Counted from the first letter of the stretch, positions 1 through 13,149 are shown. The stretch: DNA of 64,000 bases from Tubiluchus corallicola (GCA_030141605.1 JAQGDQ010000981.1:9326-73325); one strand, 5' to 3'. Translations and numbers: made by a program. Notes: generated by a model from the sequence alone, not told the origin.

Positions 1-147
1 TAGCAAATGGGATCTAGGTACGCACTTTCAATATTAAGAAAATAGAATAAAATTAGGGGTGTCTTATTGGTTTTATAACTTCACAAGAAAAACTTTCTTC
101 TTATCTACACTACAAAAATGAGACATCCAAATTTAGTATCCTGCGTT

Positions 148-416
148 CAGGGCCTATTTCAAGGGGAGGGGGGGGGAAGTGGGGATACTTCCCCGGGGCC
201 TCACCCTCCAAGGAGGCCTCCCGCCAAGGTAACATTATTTTTTTTTGCTTTATGCGAACATACTGTATAACTCCATATTTTCTCTTCGAAAATGCTTCTC
301 CGGCGTTCTAGCAGTTCAAAAATTTTCTGGTCGCCAACCAAGGTGGTTCCCCCCCCCCCGAGGAGGGTTCACGCACCCCACTTCCCTGGGCCTCGCTTAG
401 GCTGAAATAGGCCCTG
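148..416. mobile_element. hAT-superfamily MITE (269 bp)
   Basis: Perfect 14-bp TIRs CAGGGCCTATTTCA (148-161) and TGAAATAGGCCCTG (403-416). 8-bp TSD CCTGCGTT (140-147) / CCTGCATT (417-424). Confidence 0.88.
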
Positions 417-643
417 CCTGCATTACTTCCCAAAGAAAAAAAGTTATTTTAAGTGGTTAAAAGTATCTCATGCACGGACAGTACCAGGAATCAATGAGTG
501 AATTGTCGAAATCGATCTGGTAAACTTAAAAGTCAAATTCAATACACCTTAATGTATAAGCACAAAAATACTCTAGGTAAAAGTTTTAAATTTTTAGACT
601 TCTAAACTTTATAAAAGTAAAAGAAAATTGTTTCTGAAAGTGA

Positions 644-780
644 TCTCTTTCGCCCTCTCCTCCCTCTCTTTCTCTCTTACTTTCTCTCTCCCTCTCTTTC
701 TCTTTCATTCTTACTCCCCCTCTCTCATTCTCTCCTTTTACTCCCACCTTCCTCTTCTCCTTGCTGTCTCTCACTTTTTT
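644..780. repeat. CT-rich low-complexity tract
   Basis: Imperfect TC repeats seen directly. Confidence 0.8.
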
Positions 781-1033
781 GCTGATGTCAGCAGTTATTA
801 TAAGTTTCAATAATATATTTTGTATTTTGTTATTGAGCATTCATCATTATACGAAGTTAATGATGTCAATGAAGAAAGTGTCATTTCTGTTGTTTCTGAT
901 CAATACATCATAATTAAATTTAATACTTTGAGTTAATCTTGAACTCCGGAAGTACAAATTTGCAGTCTTACCTAATTTATGGTATAAATAAAGAACTGCA
1001 ATTAAATGATTTGAACAGCCAATTTTTGCTCAC

Positions 1034-1259
1034 CTAGCACAGCCTTTTCTTTCCACCTCCGCCTGTTGTCCTTTAGACAGTCCATCCAAGTCCTCCTAAC
1101 TTCAGCCAAGCGAGAATTACCACCATCACCGTCATCAATTGTGGCAGCTCTGGAAAGTTTCCTTGCAGACTCGGCTGAGTGAGGTCGCGTGGGCTGAATG
1201 CGAGGCGATTCAGATGGAGCCGTTTGTGGCCTCTCCGGCGTTGTAGCTCGTACAAAGGG
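1034..1259 (-). CDS. PDE1: PDE1 exon, C-terminal linker and final helix (…WMDCLKDNRRRWKEKAVL); gene probably continues left of the window
   Basis: Part of ORF 1002..1307. WxxxxxxNxxxWK helix typical of PDE1. ttttctaag acceptor, G|GTGAGC donor (phase 1). No convincing next exon in 1..1033. Confidence 0.88.
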
Positions 1260-1848
1260 CTTAGAAAAGAGTAAATTTTGGTGAGCATAGAAAAAGATCT
1301 GTTTCACACAATAAATTTCAAGAATTATCTATTGTGTCCTCTGGATAATGATTACATTCATTAGTTCCGAAATCGTGTTAATAAAGTGTAAGTAGTGTGA
1401 CACTTAGACCAATCTGCCTTAGATTTGTTTGTCTAGGCCAATGTAACATGTCATCATATAGTGTAATGTAATGTAAAGTAACGTAAACAATTTATGTAAT
1501 GCGGAATTTCATAAATATAAACTATAATAATCTGTATAACATTTCAAATAATTATGTATATGAACTATATCCTAATTATGCAGTTTTTGCTGATGATGAG
1601 AAGTCATTCTATATTTGATTTAATGATCCTATGTGCTTTAGCTAAATACTCTCTCATGTGCATGTAAATTGATGTGGATTTTTTTTTGTAAAATGTATCA
1701 TGATGGGTCTCGTTGGCCATACATCAAATGAATAAGCTAAACTAAACTAAATAAATTAACATGATGTTATCGCAACATAACATAATTTGCACTTACTGTA
1801 GTTATACAGTGAAGGCAAAGTAAGCAACAAAAGTTTTTTGGCACATAC

Positions 1849-1961
1849 CTCTTCCGATATTGATGTTTCTAAGGTTTTTGGTGATGCTAGAGGTTTTATT
1901 ATCTTTTCTAGCATATCTCCCAGCACTTGAACACTTGGTTCAACAATAAAATCAATAAAAC
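1849..1961 (-). CDS. PDE1: PDE1 exon (GFIDFIVEPSVQVLGDMLEKIIKPLASPKTLETSISEE)
   Basis: GFIDFIVEP motif. cttttctag acceptor, GAG|GTATGT donor, phase 1-0. Confidence 0.95.
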
Positions 1962-2135
1962 CTAGAAAAGTACCAGACAGGGAAACATGTAGTTTTTGAA
2001 ATTAGTTTAATGTTTAATTTTATGTGTAATGCAACATGATAATATATGCAGTTATTGAGTGAAAAAAATGGAGTTGTAATTGTCACAGAAAATCAGCAAA
2101 AGGAATTATCATTTACAATCAAATGGAACACACAC

Positions 2136-2338
2136 CTATTTGAGATTCAGCAACAAGTGTGTTATTTCTGTCACAGAGTGGAGAAAATGGTAGACCCAGT
2201 TCCTTCTCTCTGTCACCTTGCCGAAAGAATTCCTCTAATAATGACTCAGTCCATCTGTAATGGAGGTTCCATTCTTTTGATGGATGACTTATATCTGCAC
2301 AATGCAGAACCAGTGACAAGGCCTTTGACTTGTCTATG
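2136..2338 (-). CDS. PDE1: PDE1 catalytic exon (IDKSKALSLVLHCADISHPSK…EEFFRQGDRE…PLCDRNNTLVAESQI)
   Basis: ORF 2119..2349 contains the HCADISHP, EFFxQGD and invariant-Gln SQIGF motifs. Canonical splice sites. Confidence 0.97.
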
Positions 2339-2781
2339 CTGTAAAACAATTAAATTATAGCAGTTAGTGAAAAGCCCAGTTGAGATTTGACCAGCATTAA
2401 TTTCAACAGAGACAGTTTAGAGCTTACTCGGGAAGGAACAGGATGGTTCAGACGGTGAACTTAATGAGAGAATAGGTGGAACTGTTGATTAGCTTATAGA
2501 GTTTTGTTTTAGCTTGTTAGAAATAACTATTCTGTTGCTTCGTTGGTGTTAACTAGCCAAGTTGGAAGTTATTATATTATCGTCAGTAGCTGCGAGGGTT
2601 TTTATTACATAGTGGGCAACTGGGATTCATCAAAAAGCAATCCCTCGTTTAGTAATCTTTCGTTTAATATTCTGGATTACTTGTAGCTGATATTAGTAAC
2701 TGCAGCTGCAAAAAAGTTTACTCATGCGCCTGGAGGGATAAGTATTTATATTGTATGGTAACAAGATGACAACGTATTTCG

Positions 2782-2941
2782 TTCAAAATGAGGGTGCCCA
2801 AGCATGAAGTGACTGCGACTTTAAATAAATTTTACTAATTGCTCGAGGCACTTATCACAATTTTATTGCAAAAGCTTTCTAACGTTTTTTACAAATACTA
2901 AAATAAACTCAGCTTTCTGAAAGACTTGGCACTTTCTTTAA
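2782..2941 (+). mobile_element. Dispersed repeat, copy 1 (Kolobok-like DNA transposon end, CTTTAA terminus)
   Basis: Aligns by eye with 10396..10553 (shared aaaatgag…gactttaaat…ttttactaa…cttatca…aaata…aaaataa…gacttggc…ctttaa). The family call rests only on the TTAA end. Confidence 0.55.
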
Positions 2942-2961
2942 TATTCTAGAAATAAGCTTAC

Positions 2962-3063
2962 TTTTCTGGCATGCTAAGAAGATTTTTCATAGTTTTTATC
3001 TGCTGGAAGTGGAAAGACATATCAGTTGCTAGCACCATGTCAATCACTAGACTACGAAATTCC
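2962..3063 (-). CDS. PDE1: PDE1 catalytic exon (EFRSLVIDMVLATDMSFHFQQIKTMKNLLSMPE)
   Basis: MVLATDM motif. gtttcag acceptor, AA|GTAAGC donor. Confidence 0.97.
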
Positions 3064-3616
3064 CTGAAACAATGTTTAAACTTGTTTTAATAATGTACAG
3101 TATTCCAAGATTTACAGCTATTTATTGCTATATAATGTCCATAATGTACAGCCACCCATAGCGAACCATAGTGCAACATAATGATGATAATAAAATCCAA
3201 TATAGTAGCATGAATTCATTAACCACACCATATCTTTAATAACCTTTAGCATATCCCAAGCTAGTTTGTTCATATCAATTTTGAGATCAGTATTCAGCAG
3301 AAATTATTATTCACGCACCGAGGGAGTGATAAGAAACTCTGGAGGAGTTTATCAAAGTAACAACTTGCTGTGAAAGTTCTGTCCTATTGCTTCTTTACAA
3401 CATTTTTGAATTGACAAGGTATAGCATCAAAATGTGCTGCTGTATTAATGTGGCATGGCAATCTCAACATGTACCAGAGAAGCCTAAAACGAACTGGTGG
3501 TTAAACTTCCATCTTTTATTTTAGCTTCTTGAGCATAATATAATCAAACAAGATCTTTTTAAGACATTACACAACAGTATATATTCACTATGCTCAACAA
3601 CATATAAACAACTCAC

Positions 3617-3742
3617 CTATATTCTTCTTTCGATAAGTTGTGAATGATATTGTAATCGTCATCTTTCAGTAGTCTGAAAGTTGAGCTGATGTGATGGTTC
3701 TCTAACACTGCTCTGTCATTATACAGCACAGCAAAATCAGAA
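3617..3742 (-). CDS. PDE1: PDE1 catalytic exon (SDFAVLYNDRAVLENHHISSTFRLLKDDDYNIIHNLSKEEYR)
   Basis: LYNDxxVLENHH motif. Canonical splice sites, 126 nt, phase 2-2. Confidence 0.97.
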
Positions 3743-3965
3743 CTAAAATAGAGAAAAAGTATCATGTTATGATTAGGCAGGCATTATCAACCATGACAAC
3801 TTTACACATTATCTGAAGTTCTATAACAACAATTAATTTACTTGAAATGTAATAATGTGCATTCAAGAATATATTTTAAGGACTAAAATGTGGCAAAATT
3901 CCCCCTACACTACATTTTACACTACCATATTTTTACCTTTGCTTTGGTCTAAATTTTTTACTTAC

Positions 3966-4066
3966 CCGGACATTATGTGATAGTTATTTGTTGTTCCTGT
4001 GTGTTCGTAATCATGTATCAATGCTGAGATTATTACTGCAAATATTTCAAGATCTGTCAACCATTG
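3966..4066 (-). CDS. PDE1: PDE1 catalytic exon (QWLTDLEIFAVIISALIHDYEHTGTTNNYHIMSG)
   Basis: HDxxHxGxxN PDE signature. atttcag acceptor, GG|GTAAG donor. Confidence 0.97.
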
Positions 4067-4416
4067 CTGAAATTATAAAATGAGCTTGATTTAGCTAGCT
4101 TGATTTGTTCATCTGTCTGTATATCTCACTCAAATGCAACAGAAATGATACAAATTCTGTGATAGAAAATGTCACATTTTTTTCAAGTGGAAGGGTCAAA
4201 GGTCAATGCATGGCGCAAAATAACATTATCGTGTACATTTTGGTCAACATTAAACAAAATAGAAGTTCCCCACTTCACCCTCAATGAAATTAAAAATATA
4301 TTACTAACATTGCTGACTAATTAATTATATATATATACATATTAACCCATTTTATTGTATTGTCAATTTATTATTGTATCATTTGTATTTATTTGTGAGT
4401 ACATATATGTGACAAT

Positions 4417-4924
4417 ATGCAAATGAAAATAGTACATATTAACATACATGAATTACTCACCATCTCTAATTGGTTTCACATTAACAAACTATCTTTAAAT
4501 ATCAGTAAAACTAAATGCATAATTTTTAGACCGAAAAATACAAATATTCCACAAAATCAAAATTTTATGATTGGTAATGTCAACATCGAAATAGTAAAAG
4601 AAGTAAAATTCTTGGGGATAATTTTACAAGAACATCTAGACTAATTTAAAAATATATTGATAAAAAACATCAAAAAGTCTAGGAATCATTACTTATATCT
4701 GACATCTTTCAAAATCATGCATAATTACTTTATATAATAGCTTAATTCTTCCTTATCTTAATTACTGTTCCATTCTTTGGGGAAAAACATATATTTCAAA
4801 ATAATCTAATCTAAAGGCAGCCCAAAAAAAATTTTTGCATATTCTTTATAAACAAAATAGATAACACCCATTTTAAAGAAAGTAAAATATTATTAGTTGA
4901 TGATTTAGTTAATTATAATCTAGG

Positions 4925-4961
<37 letters not shown>

Positions 4962-5620
4962 ATGTATAAAAAAGTTAAAAACTACATCCAATCTTTTTTA
5001 ATAATCTAGTTCAATTAAATGTTAATTCTCATAGTACTAGGACAAATGAATGTGCAGTACTGCAGAACAAACACAGCCAGACATCATTTAACATCCACAG
5101 GGCCTTTACTATGGAATAAACTTTGCCTAGAAATAAACAATACTTAATCAGAGCATATATTCAAACGTAAATTTAAGAAATCAATTCTTGAGTCATATGG
5201 GCCTAATTAGTCAATTTTTCTAATTGAAAGTAACACATCTTTTTATATAGTTCAATATTTTGACACAATTTTTGTAACACTGCAAAAACTGACAAATTTG
5301 ATTTAAACCATTGATCCTGGCACATTATCACCACTAGCATCAATTCATTATCATTGTCATCAGCATTAATATCATCATCGTTGTCAGCATTATCATCAAC
5401 ATCATCATTATCATTTTTTTGCATCTGTTTGCTTCGCTCCATTTAACGTATTTTTTTAGTTGTTGTTTATATCATTAATTTAGTTTTATCCATGTTGAGT
5501 GTAGCTCATAAATTAATTTCTTCTGCTGCAGTCATTGCACTGTAATGCACTGTTAATTAGTAATTTTATGACTTTTATTTCTGTATGTGCTAAATGGATG
5601 AATAAATAAATCTAAATCTA
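4417..5620 (+). mobile_element. 5'-truncated, degenerate non-LTR retrotransposon (CR1/L2-group LINE), 3' part of ORF2 and tail
   Basis: WFHINKLSLNISKTKCIIF…KFLGIIL, then frameshifted LYNSLILPYLNYCSILWG and GPLLWNKL motifs. Ends in an AATAAA(TCTAAA)n-type tail at about 5601-5620. Confidence 0.85.
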
Positions 5621-5943
5621 CACTACAACCATCTTGTAACAGGGGAAAAATAATCTTGGTCATACTGGGCAATATTACCCATCTAGAAAGCAAACAACTG
5701 AATGATAAAGGGATTGTGTACTACATGCACTAATTTTGTTATATTTCTGAGAGTACAAGATTAACACTAATTAGTCAAGGGATACCTGGCTACTGGGCGA
5801 CATGTTTGTCTAATTACGAAAGCAACTGCATCTAACTAACTTTAAGAAATACAAATACTGAAATTTTAAAAGTCTCCTGCTTTGCAACAATGTTTAAAAC
5901 AAAAATCTCTTATTTTCAATAGACTCTGGTAAAAATTGCTTAC

Positions 5944-6084
5944 CATGAGACCTGTTTGAAACATAATGTGGTGAACCGTTTGCGTCACATCAGCAGCATG
6001 TACAAGGTTGTGATATGGGTTTTTGTGCTTACTGTAACCTACTTCCAATTGGGTTAGAAAAGCCTCTGTAACTTGTGCTGAGCA
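5944..6084 (-). CDS. PDE1: PDE1 catalytic exon (…NPYHNLVHAADVTQT…)
   Basis: Class I PDE YHNxxHAADV metal-binding motif. Canonical splice sites, 141 nt. Confidence 0.97.
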
Positions 6085-6632
6085 CTGAAAAATTATTTTT
6101 CAACATTAATTTGGTGAAATTTAAACTGCTTTTAAGTTGCACATATGCTGCTTATTTACTGCAGAGATAGCTGAAATTGAAAAAACACAGCAGTTGTAAA
6201 TTGCTTGAAAACTTTTTGCAGACGTTTTAGCAATTACAGCAAAAGTTCTGCTGGGTTCTGAGTATGTTTAAAACGGCATGCTGCACAATTGTAGGTAGCT
6301 GGTATACAACTTTAATATCCTCGTTGCTGCATTTAAATGACTTCAAAGATCACATTTCATATAATAGGCGAGATCTAAGCTGCTTTATCTGATGCCTATT
6401 TCAATTTATATTCAAAAACATTCATTCATTGCTTTGACAGAGCAGGCACTTAACAAAGAAGTGATGTCGTAATATAGCCATTAAAAGTAGCGGAAATTGT
6501 AACATAAACTCCCGGTTATCCGCTATTAATACCTAGCGATCACATTTCAGCAGCAGTAAACTGGCATTTGTAAGAAATAAATAGCTATTTGCCAGTTTAT
6601 AAAAGCACTAACAATGTTTCGCCTAAACTAAC

Positions 6633-6749
6633 CTTAAATTTGATAAGGATGTCGTATCTTGTGAGCAGTTCATAGCCTACGTATCTCAGGGCTTGATTTC
6701 CGGAAACGTCATTTACAGCAAACACATCAAATGACCAAGAGTCAATCGT
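6633..6749 (-). CDS. PDE1: PDE1 exon, start of catalytic domain (TIDSWSFDVFAVNDVSGNQALRYVGYELLTRYDILIKFK)
   Basis: WSFDVF motif. ttttcag acceptor, AAG|GTTAGT donor, 117 nt, phase 0-0. Confidence 0.95.
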
Positions 6750-9216
6750 CTGAAAATCAGTACAAGTGAATAATCCGGGCAGTAATTAGTAACCATTACT
6801 AAACTTATTAAACATGACATGTTATGTTATGCATGTTAAATACAGTAGAAGTGAACTGTGATAAGGAAGAGTTACCAATCTGTGACAGTGTCTTACAAGG
6901 ATCAGAATTCAGATCAACAAGTTCAGGAATTCAGTACTAGAACAAGGGTATAATCACAGTGTCTGAGTTTCAAGTTTTAATTGGTTTAGAAACCCAGAAT
7001 CTGATTCTTCTTGGACGTAATAGCACTCAGATACAAACTATTGATTGAGGTTGTAAGCCCAAAATCAAGAATGGTGCAACAGCAAAGACAAATTAAGTAA
7101 AAATGGCTTCTTCCTCAGTTGTTGAAAATTTTACTAGATAAGAATACTAAGAATTTTACTTTTACTAAGAATTGTTCTAGTAGCTGCGTCAAAAATATCG
7201 TTATCAGAATACTGGCTAAAATGGGCGCAGCTATACATCCCAAATTACAAAGAACAAAAGTGTATGGAACACATGGTTCATGGTCCATAATTTAAAAGGG
7301 CAACTGGAAACCTATATTGCCGAATACTGGTCAGTAAGTTGGAAGGCTTCTGCATGTTGACTATTAATTTTGACTCCTTCAGGAAAAAGTCACCTCAAAT
7401 TTCTAACCAGTTTACACGTCAAATCAAATAAATATGCGCACTGCACGAAACGTTTTTGCTTAATTTAAATCTGACAAACTATTTTTAAAAAATTCCCAAG
7501 GTTTTAAAACTTAATGTGTATTTTACTGTGTATGGAAAAGTCAGTAAGTGCGCATTCTTCTTTGTTCATATTTGCTCTTAATAAACGAAATTTCGTTAAC
7601 TTGTCTCAAATTTAACCAATGAATTCACATCATTGATAACGACTTTCTTCGGGTATTCGGAATTGAATTGCGTGGTCAGGAGGGACATTAACCTCACACA
7701 TTCGCAGCGTGAATTATCTTAGCAGAATTCTAAATTGAGATAGATCGTGTTTTGCAGAGAAACCCGACTATTATATAATTCTCTGCAAAGAACTATTCTT
7801 TTACAAAGAAAAGAAGCCCTACGAGGTTGGTCGAAAAGAAACCACATAAGTTCTCGTTAACTTGAACCTGCAGGTTAAGTTGCAGGCATGTGAGTGAAAA
7901 CCTATAATTCAGTCTGTTAAAAACAGTGTATGTAGGTCGAATTCGCAAAGAAAATCAAAGCTACAGTTATAGAAAAATAACAAAGGAAAATAACAGACTA
8001 CTGTTGTTTAACTGTCTGTCTCACTCAAAGGATTATACTTGATAATGGCATATGTTCTAATTCCGTCACAACTAGCTGCAAAAGTTGAGTGCTGAATTTT
8101 GACGTCTTTTTGATTTCTAAGTTGTTTCTCAAATAAATTAACGCACAGACGGAAAAACAAACAAACAAATTCATGAATTGATGGAAGGACGGGTGAATAG
8201 ATGAAAGCTTGGATGAATGAATGAAGCCATCCATTTTTTTATAATTACAATTAAAATTAAATAAGCTATAAATGGGCACCGAATGAATAATGCTCGAATG
8301 CAGGTTTGACGCCTACAGTAAAGAAGCGACATGTCATTAAGAAAACTAACTTTTAACTGAACTCCTCCTAGGTTATTGGCAGTTCCAAAGCAAAAGTTAG
8401 AAAACAACTTTCTATTTTAATGTATTTCTAGACTGTTATTGATCACAAAATAAAGGATGATTTTCATCTTTGGAGTCTCTAGACAATGCTGTCATTTTGT
8501 CTTTGCAATCATTTGGGATTTGGTCTCTTGAATTACAAAATTCGTACTTGCACAAAATGCATATCAAATGCATGAAGTTTATCTGCAGCTTTTTTTATTA
8601 ATCTACAAGTATATTAGTATAGTCAGAAAAAGTAGTTATTTAAAATGAGCTTTAAGAGAGGAAATTACCTTAATAACAGCTCATCGCTTTCTATCACGTA
8701 CACAAGCTTAGACACAGATGTGTACGGAAGTGAGAAAGTGAAAAACATGTTTTTAATAATGTTATGGGATTACACTTGATATATCAGATCCCACACATAA
8801 AATGACGTCAATGCATGTGATGAGAGACAGAATGCAGAGAGTCAGACACACAATTGAGCTAGCATTTTTTTGAATACAGGTCAGAATTGAGTAAACGAGA
8901 CCTATTGCTCAATACCAGGGACTGGACGATTGTAACGGGACTGGAATATTTAAGATAAAGTGGCGTTTACTAGCGATGTGAAACCGACAGAGGTGTCTTA
9001 ACCACCACCGTTTGGATGAAAATATGGTATCCTTTCTTTTTGAGGAAATTGCTTGAAGCATATTGGTAGACTCAAACTGTCTAGGAACAGCTTTCTGGCA
9101 GTCAAGCTACTATTTATTGACGAGACATGTGATCCCTAACGTTTTAATGAAGAAAAATGCTGTAGGGCTCAAAATGTATTTTTATTGAAAGGTTAAATGA
9201 CACAGTAATTTCAAGC

Positions 9217-9376
<160 letters not shown>

Positions 9377-9406
9377 TCATATAAGTGCGTAACTTTGACG
9401 AACTAC

Positions 9407-9473
9407 CTTTAGTTGCATGATGACTTGGGGTGGAAACTGCATTCCAGCAGAACTGGACATACGGCGGTAAATT
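9407..9473 (-). CDS. PDE1: PDE1 exon (IYRRMSSSAGMQFPPQVIMQLK)
   Basis: atttcag acceptor, AAG|GTAGTT donor, 67 nt, phase 2-0. Continues the ERIYRR motif and contains an RRxS PKA-type site. Confidence 0.92.
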
Positions 9474-9677
9474 CTGAAATATTATTTTAAAGATGAAATA
9501 TCGTATTTCATAATTGCCCTGACATGTACATTGTTGTTTAAAATACGTGATAAAAAGACGCTATGCCAAAAATTAGCTAATTATTTAATATCTAGGTTTT
9601 GCAAATACTGCTCGAAGAGTTCTGGATTTCTATAATAAAATTTGACAGATTTTGAAGCAGATACGGTAGTTGTTACA

Positions 9678-10811
9678 GGGGTCATTCCATGGGTAGGGTA
9701 CACGTTTGTGTCGCATGACATTAACTAATCTTACACTGCATTGACTATAGAGCATCAATTTTTTATGAGCTCACAAACATAAATTGTATTAGGAGACTAG
9801 TTAACCAACGCTGAAATTCATACAGAATATATGTTTTAATAACTTAATATATGCTATTTGTCAATTCTGTTACTGTCCTCTACACAATACAGCATCTTGC
9901 TTGTATATGTTCATTGTTGTTTGAGGCTGCGCTGACTTCTGTAAATGTGGAGAGTCAAATTTAGAAACTCTGTAAGCGAAACTAAGCAATGAAATTATTA
10001 GTTGAAAAAAGTCATAGAATTTAATCGTTACTTTTGTTGCATTTCTTTACGTCTCAAGCTTATGAATCAACTCTGCTACTTCCCATTTTTATTATCATAA
10101 TAATGATTTATCACCAACATCAGATTATTACTACACCAGTTTATCTCAGCTACACACTCTTTAGAAATGAAGAATAAGTTTTAGAATGTTTGCCATACGC
10201 GAATTTAGTTGAATTGTCAACTCTGTTACTGTTATGTTTGTAACAGGGTTGACTATAAAAAATAAATCACCAGGCTTTGTTATAAATGCGATTTTCACAG
10301 TAAGTAATATACTCTATAAGTTAAAATAAAGACTTTGAAGCACCTTGCCGGATGAGTGTTTACATTGCACGGAAACCGGATGACGCCATTTTTCGTCTAA
10401 AATGAGTGAGCCTAAGTATAAAGTAATCACGACTTTAAATTTATTTTACTAAGTACATGAGATGCTTATCAAATTTTATTGTTGAAACTATTTAACGTTT
10501 TTCCCAAATATTAAAATAAGCTCAACCTCCTGAGAGACTTGGCTTTTGCTTTAAGCACCAAGTAGCGCGGTTAAGAAAATATAAGCCAAAACTAACTTCC
10601 ATGCAAATCGTAATGGAGTTGATGGAAGATAACAGGTAGATGCGTTGTTTGGGCAATAATAGGTTAACTAGTGAGAGTTAAGCCTGCAAACTTTTTGGGC
10701 TATATTTTAAAAACATTTGCAATAATCAGAAGACGATAGTTTCTTTTAAGTAAATATACGATTTTTTCACATTTTCCTGATACAAATTGTATCCTACCCG
10801 TAGAATGACCC
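9678..10811. mobile_element. Non-autonomous TIR DNA transposon (about 1.13 kb), superfamily unresolved
   Basis: Imperfect TIRs of about 34 bp: GGGTCATTCCATGGGTAGGGTACACGTTTGTGTC versus the reverse complement of 10779-10811, GGGTCATTCTACGGGTAGGATACAATTTGTATC. Confidence 0.75.
10396..10553 (+). mobile_element. Dispersed repeat, copy 2 (Kolobok-like end), inside the 9678..10811 element
   Basis: Similar to 2782..2941 and ends in GCTTTAA. Confidence 0.55.
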
Positions 10812-11225
10812 GTAGTATAGTCAAGTTCCCATAAAATTATTGTAGAAAATCTCGCAAAATGTACTTAGTTCACCTTTCAAAAATTTCTATCCCATTTACT
10901 AAGTAACTGCAAATTACCTCAAAATGAATAACACATCAAACAAGGTTTAGTAGCTTATTATATATTACTGACTCAGAAATCATATAGTGCAGAAAAGTAC
11001 TGATGTAGATATATATAGATAATCTGTTACGTGATATTTTTGCATACGGAAATTTTCACAATTTGCTAACATTTTCGTGAGCATGAAGTTTTACTTAGTT
11101 TTCAAGAACGAAAATTTAGGTCGACCATTTGTAAGTTTAACATAAGCGATATGATAGAATTACTGAAATAAGAAAAAATATAAACTGCATGGTGAAAAAC
11201 GACTAACTGAGTATGAAAAAATTAC

Positions 11226-11408
11226 CGCTCGATAAATATGCCAGTTCGGATAGCGTGAGCCACACTTCTAAACCTGGGCTTATCCTCCCCCCTCCGCCGC
11301 ACGTTGCTAAGCTGTCGAGTGAATGTGGAAGCCAGCCACTCTCGCACTTCGTTGGGTACCGCATCCGGTTCAACTTCCGACAGTTCATCATCTTCATCAC
11401 ACAAACGC
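11226..11408 (-). CDS. PDE1: PDE1 exon, PDEase_I_N/inhibitory region and CaM-binding domain 2 (RLCDEDDELSEVEPDAVPNEVREWLASTFTRQ...RFRSVAHAIRTGIFIER)
   Basis: ORF 11222..11404 carries the PDE1-specific VPxEVRxWLASTFT motif. ctgcag acceptor, CG|GTAAT donor. Confidence 0.97.
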
Positions 11409-13149
11409 CTGCAGAATGATTAGATTACTGAGCAATTGTCTGTAGGAGTTTTTCAACTCGGCTGTGCATTGACAATACATCAGTGACGACACTGACAAGA
11501 AATAAATCATTCAAAACCACTTTCCGTCACACAAGAAAATTAATTTCTTACTTCTAGATTAGGAAGAACGGCGAGAAAGTTTTTCTTGTTAACTAAGCAT
11601 GTGCGCATGCTGTATGAGTGTTAACATGAAAAATCAGACCTATGTTATGCCTGTACAGGACTTTCTTGTTTGTACCAATAGACAAGAAGGACCAAATCGA
11701 TAGATTAATACCCTGAATTACAAAAACGTTGCAACATACACACAGGGAAATTTCACATAGAACAGCTAGCGTGTGTATAATGTCTTTATGACGACATGGA
11801 CGGGTTCATATATTGTTAGCAGGGCACTAGCAAAGTAATTTTCTTAATGCATTCATTATTGACACGAATAAAATCACATTAAATAAGAAAATGTAACACG
11901 ATAATGGATAAGAAGATGAAGATCTGGCTCTTCTTATGCAAACAGTAAATTTCAGAATGATACCAATATGATGCAAATCTGATTGTAAAAATGATACAAG
12001 CTCGGTTACGGCAGCAGAAGGCTGAATTAGACAGAGTTAGTAACGTTAACGTCTATTGAGTAGGCTATGTAGCAATAAAATATTAACGTATGGAGTTAAA
12101 TCTGCAGACAAAAGGTGCTTAATTAAAGAGCGCATAGCGCTGATCTATAATTGATAACTCTGTTTCCAAAATTGAAGAGCTGATTTTCTCAACGCGTGGA
12201 TAAATTTATCATATAAACTACCTGTCTTAGTGTATAGAATCTGTGGCCATATATGTATTCTGTGGGCAAAATATCAAGAATACGTGGCTTCTCTTGTCAG
12301 GAATATTACTTTGAGTTTCACCAAATGGATAATAACACCCAAACAAAAAGAATCCGTTTCAGGATCCCGCTGAGCAAAATGGCTAACATTAGACAAGAAA
12401 TTTTCCTGATGATTTTCGACAATAATTATTGTGCTGTAACATCAGTTTGTTTGGAAAAATCCCTTTAAGGTCTTATGCCGTATCGAAGTTGCCTTATAAG
12501 AAATAAACTGCAACGAAAGAAAACAGTTTTTGCTGCTCTACGACGTTTTGGTTAATTAGCCTTTTTTGGAAATACTTGACAAAAATTTTCTTGCTTTTCT
12601 CAACAAATAATTTTAAGTCATAAAATTTTAACATTCTGAGCTGGTTGCTATAATCGATTTAACGCAGCTATTGTCTTTTATAGAGAAGCCCCTTGGGGAA
12701 AGATCCGTAAAAATGCTGTGCAAATTATTCATTACCGCATGGTCTTTTGGAAAACATTGATCAGAAGCTGATGACACAGCTGAGTCAACAGTTGTGACAA
12801 TAATATATGTAGGTCATATGTCTTTATACATATTATATATACGTGTGCTGTAACAAGAATACTTGGTAATAACTAACAAAACAGTGCACATGTAAAAGTA
12901 AACAGATCATTTAAGCTATGTAAGACTGAGAAACTACTAGTGCATATAGTATGAAGTAATAGTTAGTAGTGAATATATATATATATATATATATGTAATG
13001 TAAAGCAATAACACCTTCTTATTCAAGCTACGTACCACATCAAAAACAAAATATTATTTTTAAAACATGAAAAGTGAATCAAAGTCTGAAGCTAGGCAAG
13101 TACTAAAAGCTACTACCAGCTATTACATGTGGCAGTGTAGTAAACTAGT

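Noticed and set aside
586-840. Charged (E/R/K-rich) ORF as the terminal PDE1 exon
   Set aside because: It derives from a CT-rich low-complexity tract. The nearby acceptor (catcag, about 782) is in the wrong phase for the phase-1 donor at 1034 and gives an immediate stop.
8669-8706. Exon-like segment with AAG|GTAATT donor between two PDE1 exons
   Set aside because: 38 nt would frameshift the mRNA, there is no PDE1 similarity, and the flanking exons already join in frame. At most a cryptic or poison exon.
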